Shown here: positions 37,398 through 46,932 of the stretch, in pieces
Position numbering within the stretch: position 1 is the first letter of the stretch
Layout: every line of letters begins with the position of its first letter
From: Candidatus Cloacimonadota bacterium
GTDB taxonomy: Bacteria; Cloacimonadota; Cloacimonadia; G963667145
Assembly: GCA_963667255.1 (NCBI GenBank)
Contig: OY762940.1
Coordinates: 896,001-960,000, forward strand
DNA length: 64,000 bases
Reading direction: 5' to 3'
Made by a program: the position numbers and the translations under genes
The notes under the pieces: generated by a model
What the model was told of the DNA's origin: nothing
What the model saw: the letters and a program-made list of their open reading frames with translations, nothing else
Database searches by the model: none

Positions 37398-38168
37398 ATG
37401 AAAAAAAGTTTTCTATTTTTTGTATTGGTTCTTTGTATCAGCTCTCTTTGGAGTTTTGATTTTGTTAGAGTTAAAGCGGCTACTTTTGTTAGAGGAATTG
37501 ACGATGGTGACGAAGATGTTAGACCTAAGCACGAGGTTTTCGTTAAATCTTTTTATATTTCAAAATATGAGGTTACACAAAAAGAGTGGAACAAGATTAT
37601 GGAATTTAATAACTCTCCTGTTAAAGGTGATAATTATCCCGTGTCTAATGTCTCTTGGTGGGATGCAGTGGAATTTTGTAATAAATTGAGCATCAAAGAG
37701 GGGTTAACTCCTTGTTATGATTTGCTGAAAGGTGAGATGATAAAATGCAATTATGATGCTTCTGGTTATAGGTTACCTTCGGAAGCGGAGTGGGAGTTGG
37801 CTGCTATAGGCGGAAGTGATGGAAACCGCAAAGCCTATTCAGGTAGTGAAGGAAGTGTGGATGTAGCTTGGATTAAGGGTTCTAATCCTAATCCTGTAGG
37901 GACGAAAAAACCTAACGAATTGGGAATTTTTGATATGAGTGGGAATGTCGCAGAATGGTGTAACGATTGGTACGACAAGCAGTATTACAAGTTTGCTTCT
38001 GTAAAGCATGATAATCCTCATGGTGCAAATTACGGTTATTACAGGGTTATTAGAGGTGGAAGTTATAAAGAGGATGAGGGTAATTCGCGAGTCTTTTTCA
38101 GAAGTTTCAACAAGCCTCAAAATCGTCTCATATCAAAAGGCTTTAGGGTTGTCAGGTCTTTTTTGTAA
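37398..38168 (+). CDS. Secreted FGE-sulfatase (SUMF1) domain protein
   Basis: KYEVTQ, PVSNVSWWDA, RLPSEAEWE, FDMSGNVAEW, RGGS..GFR. Confidence 0.88.
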   Translation: MKKSFLFFVLVLCISSLWSFDFVRVKAATFVRGIDDGDEDVRPKHEVFVKSFYISKYEVTQKEWNKIMEFNNSPVKGDNYPVSNVSWWDAVEFCNKLSIKEGLTPCYDLLKGEMIKCNYDASGYRLPSEAEWELAAIGGSDGNRKAYSGSEGSVDVAWIKGSNPNPVGTKKPNELGIFDMSGNVAEWCNDWYDKQYYKFASVKHDNPHGANYGYYRVIRGGSYKEDEGNSRVFFRSFNKPQNRLISKGFRVVRSFL

Positions 38169-38171
38169 TTC

Positions 38172-39473
38172 ATGAAGATATTAGAGAGGTATTTGCTTAG
38201 AGAGTCTTTTAAACCCTTTATTGGTGCTTTGGGAGTCTTCACATCTTTGTTTTTGATTGATATGATTATCAGCAAATTGAGCCTTATCATCCAAAAGAAA
38301 CTTTCGTTTTTCACAGTGGTGAGTTTATTCGGATACAGTCTGCCGGCAATGGTGGCTCTTACTATCCCTATGGCTATTCTGTTTGCCTCCATCATGACTT
38401 TTGGCAAGTTGTCCATAGATAACGAATTGACAGCGATAAAGTCTTGTGGTGTCAGCATTTACCGACTGATGCGACCATTGTATCTTTTGGTAACTTTGTT
38501 TTCTTGTTTTATGTTGTATTTCAATCATATTGTCTTGCCCGACAGTAACTATCTTTCTAGAGATTTGCTGCTGCATATAGCGTATCGCAATCCCATTAGC
38601 AATATTAAGACGGGTGTTTTTAATAAAAATCAGAATATTTCCGATTTGGTGATTTTTGCTGGAGGCAAGGACGACAAATATTTGCTGGATGTGCTGATAT
38701 ACAACAAGGGGCAACGGGAAACTTTTCAGATAGTTAGTGCGAAATACGGCGAGATTGATTTGGCGAATAACGGTAACGATATGGTGGCAAGGCTCTATGA
38801 TGGCGAAATTCACGAAAAAAGCATAAAAAACCCGGGTGATTATCGGGTTGTTAAGTTTAAGAAATTCAATTTCAATATTTTCGGGAGCACTAATCAGGGT
38901 GACCTCAGGCATACTCTCGGCGATAGAGAGATGAACACCAAGATTATGTTGGGGAAGATTGCTGAGAATAAGCAAATAATTCTTACAGCCGATTCTTTGC
39001 GAAAGATTTACGATGATAGATTGCAGACTATGGAGAAAGGGGAAAAATTCAATTCAGTTACCAGTTTGTTGTTGCAGGAAGAGAACAAGATGAAACGGTA
39101 TCAAGAGTATAATTATGCTTACTGGGTGGAAATTCACAAGAAAAATGCTTTGGCTTTTGCTTGTATTATTTTTCTTTTTTTGGGAGTTCCTGTCGGCTTG
39201 ATGGCTAAAAGCAGTGGAGTGGGAGCGGCTTTCGGTTTCAGTATGGTTGTTTTTGTGGCTTACCATTCTATGTTGCTCGGAGGAGAGGAGTTAGCCGATA
39301 GAGGATATGTTGCTCCTTGGGTTGCTATGTGGCTTGCCAATATTGTGCTTGTGGTGTTGGGGATTTTTCTCACTTGGAAATCCCGCCATGACACGAACGC
39401 TTTTGATTCGATTAGGTTTAAGGTTAGGATGTTCTTCAAGAAGATATTTAAAGGGAAGAAGGAAGTGAGTTGA
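38172..39473 (+). CDS. lptF: LPS export permease LptF-like
   Basis: ILERYL, PMAIL, DNELTAIKSCGVS, VEIHKK.A, W.AN. Confidence 0.85.
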   Translation: MKILERYLLRESFKPFIGALGVFTSLFLIDMIISKLSLIIQKKLSFFTVVSLFGYSLPAMVALTIPMAILFASIMTFGKLSIDNELTAIKSCGVSIYRLMRPLYLLVTLFSCFMLYFNHIVLPDSNYLSRDLLLHIAYRNPISNIKTGVFNKNQNISDLVIFAGGKDDKYLLDVLIYNKGQRETFQIVSAKYGEIDLANNGNDMVARLYDGEIHEKSIKNPGDYRVVKFKKFNFNIFGSTNQGDLRHTLGDREMNTKIMLGKIAENKQIILTADSLRKIYDDRLQTMEKGEKFNSVTSLLLQEENKMKRYQEYNYAYWVEIHKKNALAFACIIFLFLGVPVGLMAKSSGVGAAFGFSMVVFVAYHSMLLGGEELADRGYVAPWVAMWLANIVLVVLGIFLTWKSRHDTNAFDSIRFKVRMFFKKIFKGKKEVS

Positions 39474-40564
39474 TTAAGATTTTAGACCGCTATATTTTGG
39501 GCTCTTACATCAGAAACTTTGTTTTGATTAGTTTGTCATTTTCAGTTCTTTTTGTTGTTATCAGCATTTTTGACAGGCTTACCAGATTTATGAGATACGG
39601 AGCCACATTGCCGGACGCTTTGGCGTATTTTTTGTATAATATGCCTTATCTTTTCGTTCTTACTTCTCCAGTTGCTGTTTTGCTATCCAGTTTGTTTTTG
39701 ATGAACAAGCTTTCCAAGTTCAACGAATCTGTTGCCGTTAGAGCATCGGGAAGAAGTATCGTTCGGATGGTAATGCCAATTTTTATTTTTGGTATTTTCT
39801 ACAGTTTTTTTGTTATGTGGGTTGGAGAAGCTGTTTTGCCCAAAGCTATCCAGCTGAGAGAGCACACTTACATTGTCAAAATTCGCAAGGAGAAGATGGA
39901 AGACATCAAGCGGAGAGCCAATATTAACTATAAAGGTAACAACAATCTTTTCTTCAATATCGGCTTTTTCGATGGATACAGCAATAAATTGTATAATATT
40001 GACATTGTGCAGTTTAGTCCCGAGACAGGTGGGTTAGTGCAGACTATTGCTTCTCATGCTGCGAGGTGGGATGGCGATAAATGGCTTTTTGACCATTGCT
40101 ATATTCGCAAGTTTGAGGATGGGATGCCGACGGAAATTGAGCTATTTGAAAAAGATAAGGTCATTCCTATCGTTGATGTTAAGCCGATTGATTTTGTCAA
40201 ATCTTCCAAAGACCCCTTGGCGATGAGCTATTTTGAACTCAAGGAGTATATTGGTCGGCAGGAAAAAGTAGGGGAAAAGTGTTTGAAAGAGCGAGTTGAT
40301 TTGGCTACGAAATTGGCATTCCCTTTTGCGAATTTGATTATTCTCTTCTTTAGTGTGCCGATGGCTTCCGCATCCGTTCGCAGTAGGACTCGCAGTGTTG
40401 TTTTCTTGGTAGGGTTGGTGGTTTGTTTCGTTTTCCTTGCTGCTTTGCGGGTCAGTCAAAATTTGGGATATTCTGGCATATTGTCGCCATTTTTTGCAGC
40501 GTGGTCTCCCAATATCCTTTTCGCTATTTTGGGAGTTGCATTTTCTTCCAAAGCAGAGGTTTAG
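39470..40564 (+). CDS. lptG: LPS export permease LptG-like
   Basis: ILDRYI, NE.VA.RASG.S, K.AFP, AAW.PN. Confidence 0.85.
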   Translation: MIKILDRYILGSYIRNFVLISLSFSVLFVVISIFDRLTRFMRYGATLPDALAYFLYNMPYLFVLTSPVAVLLSSLFLMNKLSKFNESVAVRASGRSIVRMVMPIFIFGIFYSFFVMWVGEAVLPKAIQLREHTYIVKIRKEKMEDIKRRANINYKGNNNLFFNIGFFDGYSNKLYNIDIVQFSPETGGLVQTIASHAARWDGDKWLFDHCYIRKFEDGMPTEIELFEKDKVIPIVDVKPIDFVKSSKDPLAMSYFELKEYIGRQEKVGEKCLKERVDLATKLAFPFANLIILFFSVPMASASVRSRTRSVVFLVGLVVCFVFLAALRVSQNLGYSGILSPFFAAWSPNILFAILGVAFSSKAEV

Positions 40565-40565
40565 G

Positions 40566-41480
40566 CTATCTAAAGAGATTTCCCAGAATTGCAAATATTT
40601 CTTGCAGATTTGTGCTGAGATTGATTTTCACTCGTGCTTCAGCACCGTTTCGGATTCCTTTGGTGTATTTGGCGATATGAGAACGCATCGTGATGATGCC
40701 CTTGGTTTCGCCATAGTATTTGATAGATAGGGAATAGTGTCGCTTTATAGTCTCGATTTTCCCTTGATTTGTTGGGATTTTATTCGAGAAAATCCATGGA
40801 TTGCCGATAGCCCCACGACCTATCATCACACCGTCGCAATTGGTTTCGTTCTTCATTTTTTCGATGTCTTCTTTGGTAAAAATATCGCCATTGCCGATGA
40901 CGGGGATATTGGTTTCGTTTTTCAGAATTTTTATGTGCTCCCAGTTGCTTATGCCGGCAAACATCTGACTTTTTGTGCGAGGATGTAGGACGAGAGCGTC
41001 CGCACCCGATTTTTGCATAAGAAGCCCAAACTCCAAATAGTTGATTTTGGAGAACCCCGAACGGAATTTGACAACCAAGGGGGTGTTTTCGGGCAAAGCA
41101 AGTTTGCATGTTTGCACGATTTGTGAGGCTAATTCTGGCGTGTCCATCAAGGCGGAGCCTGCACCTGTTTTGATTACTTTTTTTACGGGACATCCCATAT
41201 TTAGGCAAAGAAAATCCATTCTTGGCAAAATGGAAATAGCTTTTTGGAAATGAGAAGGGTCACTGCCAAATAGCTGAATGCCGATAGGAGATTCGTCTTC
41301 GGAGGTTTGGGCATATGGCAAGCTTGGTCTGGGATTGTATGCCAAGCCAGCGGCACTCACCATTTCGGTGGTGAGGATATTTGCACCGTTTTCTTTGGCA
41401 ATCATCCTGTAGGGATAGTCGGTAAATCCCGCCAAAGGAGCTAACCATGTGGTATTCTTGCAGAGTTTGTCTATTTGCAT
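40566..41480 (-). CDS. dusB: tRNA-dihydrouridine synthase (DusB-like)
   Basis: LAPLAG.TD, QLFG, NMGCPVKK, HPRT, GNGDI, MIGRGA.GNPW. Confidence 0.9.
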   Translation of the reverse strand: MQIDKLCKNTTWLAPLAGFTDYPYRMIAKENGANILTTEMVSAAGLAYNPRPSLPYAQTSEDESPIGIQLFGSDPSHFQKAISILPRMDFLCLNMGCPVKKVIKTGAGSALMDTPELASQIVQTCKLALPENTPLVVKFRSGFSKINYLEFGLLMQKSGADALVLHPRTKSQMFAGISNWEHIKILKNETNIPVIGNGDIFTKEDIEKMKNETNCDGVMIGRGAIGNPWIFSNKIPTNQGKIETIKRHYSLSIKYYGETKGIITMRSHIAKYTKGIRNGAEARVKINLSTNLQEIFAILGNLFR

Positions 41481-41504
41481 TTTGCGAGGGTAAGAGGGGA
41501 ATTG

Positions 41505-41876
41505 CTAATTTCTATGAGACAACTTGTAAGTTATAAAAAGGTAGAGTTCATAAAGGTAGAGGGAAATCAAAGGTAAAATCAAACCCAAGCCGAAAATTAG
41601 AATTTCCAATTTGAGATATTTGACCGTAAAGAAACAATAGAGGACTAAAACTAAAAATCTGCCTCCAAACCCCAAGACGATACTTTTTTTTACATTTGTC
41701 GCAGGAGAGAGGGCTACCATCGTGCTAACAGCCATCGATATCAGGAAAAACAGACCTCCGATTAAGCCCAAAAGCAGACTCACTCTTGAGGGTAAAACAA
41801 GACTGGGACACGACAAAACGATACTTAATAAGCAGACCTTTCCCAGATAAATCAGATGTTTTTTATTTGATGGCAT
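41505..41876 (-). CDS. Four-TM membrane protein, ATP synthase I (AtpI)-like
   Basis: Four hydrophobic segments with LLGLIGG, GRFLVL and IFGLGL. Confidence 0.5.
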   Translation of the reverse strand: MPSNKKHLIYLGKVCLLSIVLSCPSLVLPSRVSLLLGLIGGLFFLISMAVSTMVALSPATNVKKSIVLGFGGRFLVLVLYCFFTVKYLKLEILIFGLGLILPLISLYLYELYLFITYKLSHRN

Positions 41877-42216
41877 TCTGTCCCATGGTGCAGTTACCGT
41901 TGAGGATAGCTCCCGGCTCCACTATCAGGGTTACAGCTTTTATGTCTCCAGTAATTTTAGCACTTTTTTTCACTTCGATAGTGTTATTGGCGTTAATTCC
42001 ACCGTTGATAATACCAGCGATGATGCAATTACTACAGTCCAAATTACCGTCAACTTTACCGGTGGTGGTTACAGATATTAGCGATTTGCAGTTGATATTT
42101 CCCACAAGGTCTCCGTCGATTTTTATGCCGTTTTCGCAGTTCACATCTCCGGTGATTTTCAAATCCTTGCCGATGATAGAGGACACTTCCACTTCTCTAT
42201 TTTTTTCTTTAATCAT
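41863..42216 (-). CDS. Bactofilin (polymer-forming cytoskeletal protein)
   Basis: IIG....I.G.V....I.IDG...GNI beta-helix repeats; GAILNGNC.M. Confidence 0.9.
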   Translation of the reverse strand: MIKEKNREVEVSSIIGKDLKITGDVNCENGIKIDGDLVGNINCKSLISVTTTGKVDGNLDCSNCIIAGIINGGINANNTIEVKKSAKITGDIKAVTLIVEPGAILNGNCTMGQNAIK

Positions 42217-42218
42217 TT

Positions 42219-42881
42219 TTATTCTCCTTTAAAATTTTCTATAAAATCTTTTGGATTTTGGTTAATGTCGTTTTGTTGAATCTCATAGTGTAAATGAGGG
42301 TTTGTGCTGTATCCGGAATTTCCCAGTTTGGCAATTGTTTGCCCTTTTTTCACAAAGGTTTCCGTGCTTACACAAATGGAGTCGAGATGAGCGTAAACAG
42401 TTTTAAATCCATTTAAGTGGTTGATAACAACGGTTTTCCCAAAATAAGTGTCGGCTTCGGCTTTTTCCACTACTCCCGCAGCTCCTGCAAAAACGGAAGT
42501 TCCCAATTTTCCCGCAAAATCCACAGCCTTATGTTGTTCGCTAAACTCTCGACTTACCTTGTATGGTGTGTTTACAGGCAATAAATCGGGATAAAAATTT
42601 TCTGGAGCGTTTAGTTTGCTCTCGTGTTTCTCATCTTTTTTGGGTTTCTCAGCCAAGTATTTTTCCAAAGAAAGTCGCAACTTTTCCAATTTAACATTGT
42701 TGTTCAACTTGTCATTTTGGAGCAAATTTTGGCGGTAAGAGTCCAATTGCTTGGTCAAAACCTCAACTTGCGATTTGCTTTTTTTCAGCTCATTTAGCAG
42801 ATAATAGCAAGATACCAAACTTCCCAATAGAAAAATTAGAATCAGAAAAAAAAGTAAGAGACCAAAATGATTATTCTTCAT
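42219..42881 (-). CDS. M23-family metallopeptidase
   Basis: HKAVDFA, YAHL, G.SG.ST.PHLHYE. Confidence 0.9.
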   Translation of the reverse strand: MKNNHFGLLLFFLILIFLLGSLVSCYYLLNELKKSKSQVEVLTKQLDSYRQNLLQNDKLNNNVKLEKLRLSLEKYLAEKPKKDEKHESKLNAPENFYPDLLPVNTPYKVSREFSEQHKAVDFAGKLGTSVFAGAAGVVEKAEADTYFGKTVVINHLNGFKTVYAHLDSICVSTETFVKKGQTIAKLGNSGYSTNPHLHYEIQQNDINQNPKDFIENFKGE

Positions 42882-43734
42882 TGCTTAGTTGTTTAAGAAG
42901 TTCGTCCTTTTGTAATTTTGACTGATAAGAAAAGATTATTTTGCCTCTGCTTCCCGTGCCTTTTATTTTCACAGGAGCGTTGTAGATGCTCTTTAGAGAT
43001 TGCTCGGCAAGAGAAAAATCCATTTGGACATTTTTGTTTTTGACGACAGTAGCGGAAGATTTTACCAAGGTTTCACTTGCTCTAACCGACAACCCTTTTT
43101 GAGCGATGGTTTCAGCAAGAGATTCTCTTTGCTCCGGCTCAGCTTGCATTATCACTTTGGCGTGTCCCATGCTGATTTTCCCTTGAAGCAACAGTTTTTT
43201 GATAGAGTCTTGCAACGAGAGTAATCTCAAGAAGTTGGAGATAGTTGTGCGGTCTTTGCCCATTGCAGTAGCAATCTCGCCGTGAGTATAGTTGAACTCT
43301 TCTTGGAGTCTTTGGTAACTGGCGGCTTCTTCTATTGGGTTCAGATTTTCTCTCTGGACATTTTCGATAATAGCCAGTTGCAACATTTGTTGGTTGGTGG
43401 CTTGCCTTACCACTACAGGCACGGTCTTGAGGTTAGCCAGTTTAGCGGCTTGCAGTCTTCGCTCTCCGGCGATTAATTCGTAGTGTCCGCCTTCTTGCTC
43501 GGTAACAATCAGAGGCTGAATAATGCCGTTTTCGATGATGGAGTCGCGTAACTCTTCCAATTTCTCTTGGTCAAAATGCCTTCTGGGTTGATAGCGATTT
43601 GGAAAGACCATCTTTGTTTCCACCTCATTTATGGGTATATCATCTGTGGCAGACGAATTTCCTCTGTTGGTAGCTTTGAAATCTACAGGTTGTATCAGAG
43701 CTTCTAGTCCTCTTCCCAGTTTTTTCTTACTCAT
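42871..43734 (-). CDS. parB: Chromosome partitioning protein ParB
   Basis: LGRGLEAL, YQPR, IAGERRL.A, IENVQRE.LNPIEEA, HTH. Confidence 0.96.
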   Translation of the reverse strand: MSKKKLGRGLEALIQPVDFKATNRGNSSATDDIPINEVETKMVFPNRYQPRRHFDQEKLEELRDSIIENGIIQPLIVTEQEGGHYELIAGERRLQAAKLANLKTVPVVVRQATNQQMLQLAIIENVQRENLNPIEEAASYQRLQEEFNYTHGEIATAMGKDRTTISNFLRLLSLQDSIKKLLLQGKISMGHAKVIMQAEPEQRESLAETIAQKGLSVRASETLVKSSATVVKNKNVQMDFSLAEQSLKSIYNAPVKIKGTGSRGKIIFSYQSKLQKDELLKQLSNEE

Positions 43735-44486
43735 CTTTCGATAACCTCTTTTACCAAGCTCAAGTAATCTTGAGCACCTTTGGAAGTAATGGCATAGTCG
43801 AAAATAGTTTGCCCGAAACTCGGAGATTCGCTGAGTTTCACATTTCTGGTAATATAAGTTTTGAAAACAATATCTCCGAAGAAATTTTTGACATCCTCTT
43901 CAACTTGTTGACATAGGTTCAATCTTTTGTCGTACATAGTCAGCAAAACACCCAAGATTTCCAAATTTTTATTTAAGTTATTTTTTATAAGATTGACTGT
44001 GTTCAAAAGTTGACTCACACCTTCTAGAGCGTAGTATTCACACTGAATAGGCAAAATGACATGTGTGCTGGCTGTCAGAGCGTTGATAGTGAGCAAGCCC
44101 AAAGACGGAGGACAATCGATGATGATATATTCGTAATTGTCCAAAATGGGAGCCAAAGCGGTTTTCAGTTTTTGTTCACGAGCATACTCTTTTACCAGCT
44201 CTATTTCTGCACCGGTAAGGTTGATATCGGCAGGGATTACATCGAGTTTTTTGTAATTGGATTTAACTATACACGACTTGATATTTTTTTCGCCGATGAG
44301 CATTTTGTAAACTTGGCTGCTGACTTTGCTTTTGTTGATTCCAATTCCGGATGTGGAGTTGCCCTGCGGGTCCAAGTCTATAAGCAAGGTCTTTTTTTCA
44401 TAGACACCCAAAGCTGCCGAGAGATTCACGGAAGTTGTTGTTTTGCCTACGCCACCTTTTTGATTTACGACCGATACTATTTTCAT
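43731..44486 (-). CDS. parA: Chromosome partitioning ATPase ParA/Soj
   Basis: NQKGGVGKTTT, DLDPQGN, IDCPPSLG, QCEYYALEG. Confidence 0.97.
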   Translation of the reverse strand: MKIVSVVNQKGGVGKTTTSVNLSAALGVYEKKTLLIDLDPQGNSTSGIGINKSKVSSQVYKMLIGEKNIKSCIVKSNYKKLDVIPADINLTGAEIELVKEYAREQKLKTALAPILDNYEYIIIDCPPSLGLLTINALTASTHVILPIQCEYYALEGVSQLLNTVNLIKNNLNKNLEILGVLLTMYDKRLNLCQQVEEDVKNFFGDIVFKTYITRNVKLSESPSFGQTIFDYAITSKGAQDYLSLVKEVIER

Positions 44487-44617
44487 AACAGTCCTTTACA
44501 TTTTTTGGTTAATATTTTGTCGGTTGACCCAGTAGTCAAGATGTTTTTTAGGCTCTAAATTATTCATAAAGAAATGTAACTGATTTTTTGATGCTTTTAA
44601 ATTGTTGTATAAAACAT

Positions 44618-44645
44618 TTGACTTAAATTTTGGTTAATTTACAAT
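44618..44645 (+). promoter_or_regulatory. Sigma70-like promoter of the nucleobase permease
   Basis: TTGACT-16 nt-TACAAT, followed by AAGGAG RBS. Confidence 0.55.
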
Positions 44646-44682
44646 TCGATCGTCGTGAAAAAATTTTTAAGGAGATTGAAAG

Positions 44683-46053
44683 ATGGTAAAAGAAAATGTA
44701 GATTTGGTTTTTGGTTTGGAGGACAAACCGAATCCTTCAACGGCGTTGCTGGCAGCTTTTCAGCATCTTTTGGCAATTTTTGTAGGAATCATTACTCCCA
44801 CAATCGTGATTTGTGGAGCACTTGGATTGGGCTCAGAAGTTCCTTATCTTATTGGTATGTCTTTGTTGATTTCAGGTGTGGCAACTTTTATTCAGGTTAA
44901 AAAAATCGGTCCTTTTGGTTCAGGCTTATTGAGTATTCAAGGGACGAGTTTTGCTTTTTTGGGTCCGATTTTGGCTATTGGATTTGGAGCAAAAGGCAGT
45001 GGAGGAAGCACAGAAATGATTTTAGCTACGATTTTTACAGCCTGCTTTTTTGGTTCTTTCATTGAGATGATTGGTAGCAAATTCATTCATCGAATGGGGA
45101 AAATCATTACACCTTTGGTTTCTGGAATCGTGGTGATGCTCATCGGTCTTAGTTTGATAAGAGTCGGATTGACCGATATGGGTGGAGGTCAATTTGTAAA
45201 AGACCATTTCCCCGATAAATTTGGTTCATGGGAAAATCTCGGATTAGCTTTTTTGACTCTTGCTGTGGTAATTTTTTTCAATAGAAGCAAGAAACCTATT
45301 CTGAGAATGTCCTCAATATGTATTGGTTTGGCAGTTGGTTATATAGTTGCTATTTTTACTGTAGGCGTGAACTTTAGCCCTATTGCGAAGTTACCTATTA
45401 TCAATGTTCCGATACCCTTCAAATACGGTTTCAACTTTGACCTTTCTGCTTTGCTTACTATCGCTTTCCTTTTTGTAATAACTATGATAGAGTCAACTGG
45501 TGACCTCACTGGCACCAGCATGGTTTCGGGAGAGCCTGTAGAAGGAGAAGTTTATCTTAAAAGAATTGAAGGCGGAATTCTCGCAGATGGATTTAATTCT
45601 GCATTGGCAGCAGTTTTTAACACTTTCCCTAACACTACATTTAGTCAAAATACAGGAGTTATTCAGATGACTGGAATGGCTTCTCGTTATGTTGGTATAT
45701 ACCTTGCAGGGATTTTGGTGTTCTTAGGATTTTTCCCAATTATTGGTGGAGTTTTGCAGGTAATACCCAAGCCTGTTCTCGGTGGTGCTACCATTACTAT
45801 GTTTGGGACAGTTGCTGCTTCGGGAGTAAAAATCATTACCAATCATAAGTTGGACAGAAGAGGGATAACCATTTTGGCTCTTTCTCTTGGTCTTGGTTTG
45901 GGCGTGCAATTTGTGCCTGAAATCGTTTCGCATTTCTCTTTGATACCCAAGAGTGTTTTCGGTTCTCCGATTACTACCGGTGGCTTGACAGCGATTGTTT
46001 TGAATATCGTTTTGCCACAAATTAAGACAAATAACGAATGCGAATGTGATTAA
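44683..46053 (+). CDS. NCS2/NAT nucleobase:cation symporter, xanthine-type
   Basis: QHLLA, QGTSF, NAT signature QNTGVIQMTG. Confidence 0.9.
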   Translation: MVKENVDLVFGLEDKPNPSTALLAAFQHLLAIFVGIITPTIVICGALGLGSEVPYLIGMSLLISGVATFIQVKKIGPFGSGLLSIQGTSFAFLGPILAIGFGAKGSGGSTEMILATIFTACFFGSFIEMIGSKFIHRMGKIITPLVSGIVVMLIGLSLIRVGLTDMGGGQFVKDHFPDKFGSWENLGLAFLTLAVVIFFNRSKKPILRMSSICIGLAVGYIVAIFTVGVNFSPIAKLPIINVPIPFKYGFNFDLSALLTIAFLFVITMIESTGDLTGTSMVSGEPVEGEVYLKRIEGGILADGFNSALAAVFNTFPNTTFSQNTGVIQMTGMASRYVGIYLAGILVFLGFFPIIGGVLQVIPKPVLGGATITMFGTVAASGVKIITNHKLDRRGITILALSLGLGLGVQFVPEIVSHFSLIPKSVFGSPITTGGLTAIVLNIVLPQIKTNNECECD

Positions 46054-46066
46054 TTTTTAGAATTTG

Positions 46067-46098
46067 AAAGGCAATCGATTTTCGGTTGCCTTTTTTTT
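46067..46098. terminator. Terminator between the permease and the convergent tRNA-Val
   Basis: aaaggcaatcga-ttt-tcggttgccttt plus T run. Confidence 0.75.
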
Positions 46099-46110
46099 GT
46101 GAGAAAAAAA

Positions 46111-46187
46111 TGGTGGGTGATACTGGATTTGAACCAGTGACCTCTACGATGTCGGCGTAGCACTCTAACCAGCTGAGCTAATCACCC
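46111..46187 (-). tRNA. tRNA-Val(GAC)
   Basis: Reverse complement GGGTGATTAGCTCAGCTGGTTAGAGTG-CTACG CCGACAT CGTAG-AGGTCACTGGTTCAAATCCAGTATCACCCACCA. Confidence 0.93.
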
Positions 46188-46256
46188 GATTATTTTGCAA
46201 TTTGTTGGATGTGTCAGATGGTTGTCAATATTTTGTTGCCTTTCTTTTTTTTAATC

Positions 46257-46537
46257 TTGCTTCTATGTTTCAGTTTGGGAACATCAGCAGTTGCTTCTTC
46301 CCGTATGCATTCCCAAGCTGGAGCTTGGGAACGAGGGCGAAAAAGAGAATGGGTCCCCGTGTTCATGAGGACGAGGGATTAGAGGAGCAAGAAGCCCAAA
46401 CATGCTTTGTCGCGTATGCATTTCCATGCTGGAACTTGGGAACGAGGGCGAAAAGCGACTGCTGGTGCACAGTCCGACCCCTATCCTGTGGATTCCCGCC
46501 TACGCGGGAATGAGGAGGGAGGCACGGGAATCCAGTT
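46257..46537. repeat. Cluster of REP-like palindromic elements
   Basis: 42-bp imperfect direct repeats at 46302-46343 and 46413-46454 (TTCCCAAGCT-GG-AGCTTGGGAA); ATTCCCGCCTACGCGGGAAT hairpin at 46489-46513 and degenerate relatives. Confidence 0.75.
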
Positions 46538-46651
46538 GGGGTTCTGGGGGGGCAATTCCAAGATGAACAAAACATTTTTCTTGACCTCTTATCCACTTAA
46601 ATTCTTATGACATAAATTAAATTTCAGCAAAAAAGTGGGGTGATGATACTT

Positions 46652-46861
46652 ATGCCTTTGGTTGTTGCTAAAAACAAAGAACCATTTGAGGTTTTGCTTC
46701 GTAAGTTCAAGAAGAAGTGCGAGATAGCCGGTGTTTTGTCGGACATCAAAAAAAACCAACGCTACGAAAAGCCTTCTGCCAAGAAACGCCGCGAAGTGAA
46801 TGCAGTGAAAAGGAAACTTTTCAACAAGCAACGCAAGTTGACGCGTTTGAGAGGTTATTAG
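46652..46861 (+). CDS. rpsU: 30S ribosomal protein S21
   Basis: EPFE.LLRKFKKKCE.AG....KK...YEKPS.K.R. Confidence 0.95.
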   Translation: MPLVVAKNKEPFEVLLRKFKKKCEIAGVLSDIKKNQRYEKPSAKKRREVNAVKRKLFNKQRKLTRLRGY

Positions 46862-46932
46862 ATTTAATTTTAAATTGGTGGGCAGTGTCGGTTTTCGTTT
46901 CTTAGTGAACAATTCGGCATTGCCTTTTTTGT

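Noticed and set aside
37398..38168. Second FGE-domain gene as DGR template or partner of the 5125-7086 gene
   Set aside because: The 3' ends differ at all base types, not only adenines; it appears to be an ordinary paralog in front of lptFG.
42871..44600. parS sites near parAB
   Set aside because: No convincing TGTTTCACGTGAAACA-like palindrome found by eye; only half-matches.
44487..44682. Purine riboswitch upstream of the xanthine permease
   Set aside because: No aptamer consensus visible, and the likely promoter leaves only about 30 nt of leader.
46257..46537. Possible CRISPR mini-array
   Set aside because: Only two divergent 42-bp copies 111 bp apart, the spacer itself contains another palindrome, and there are no cas genes; REP-like elements fit better.
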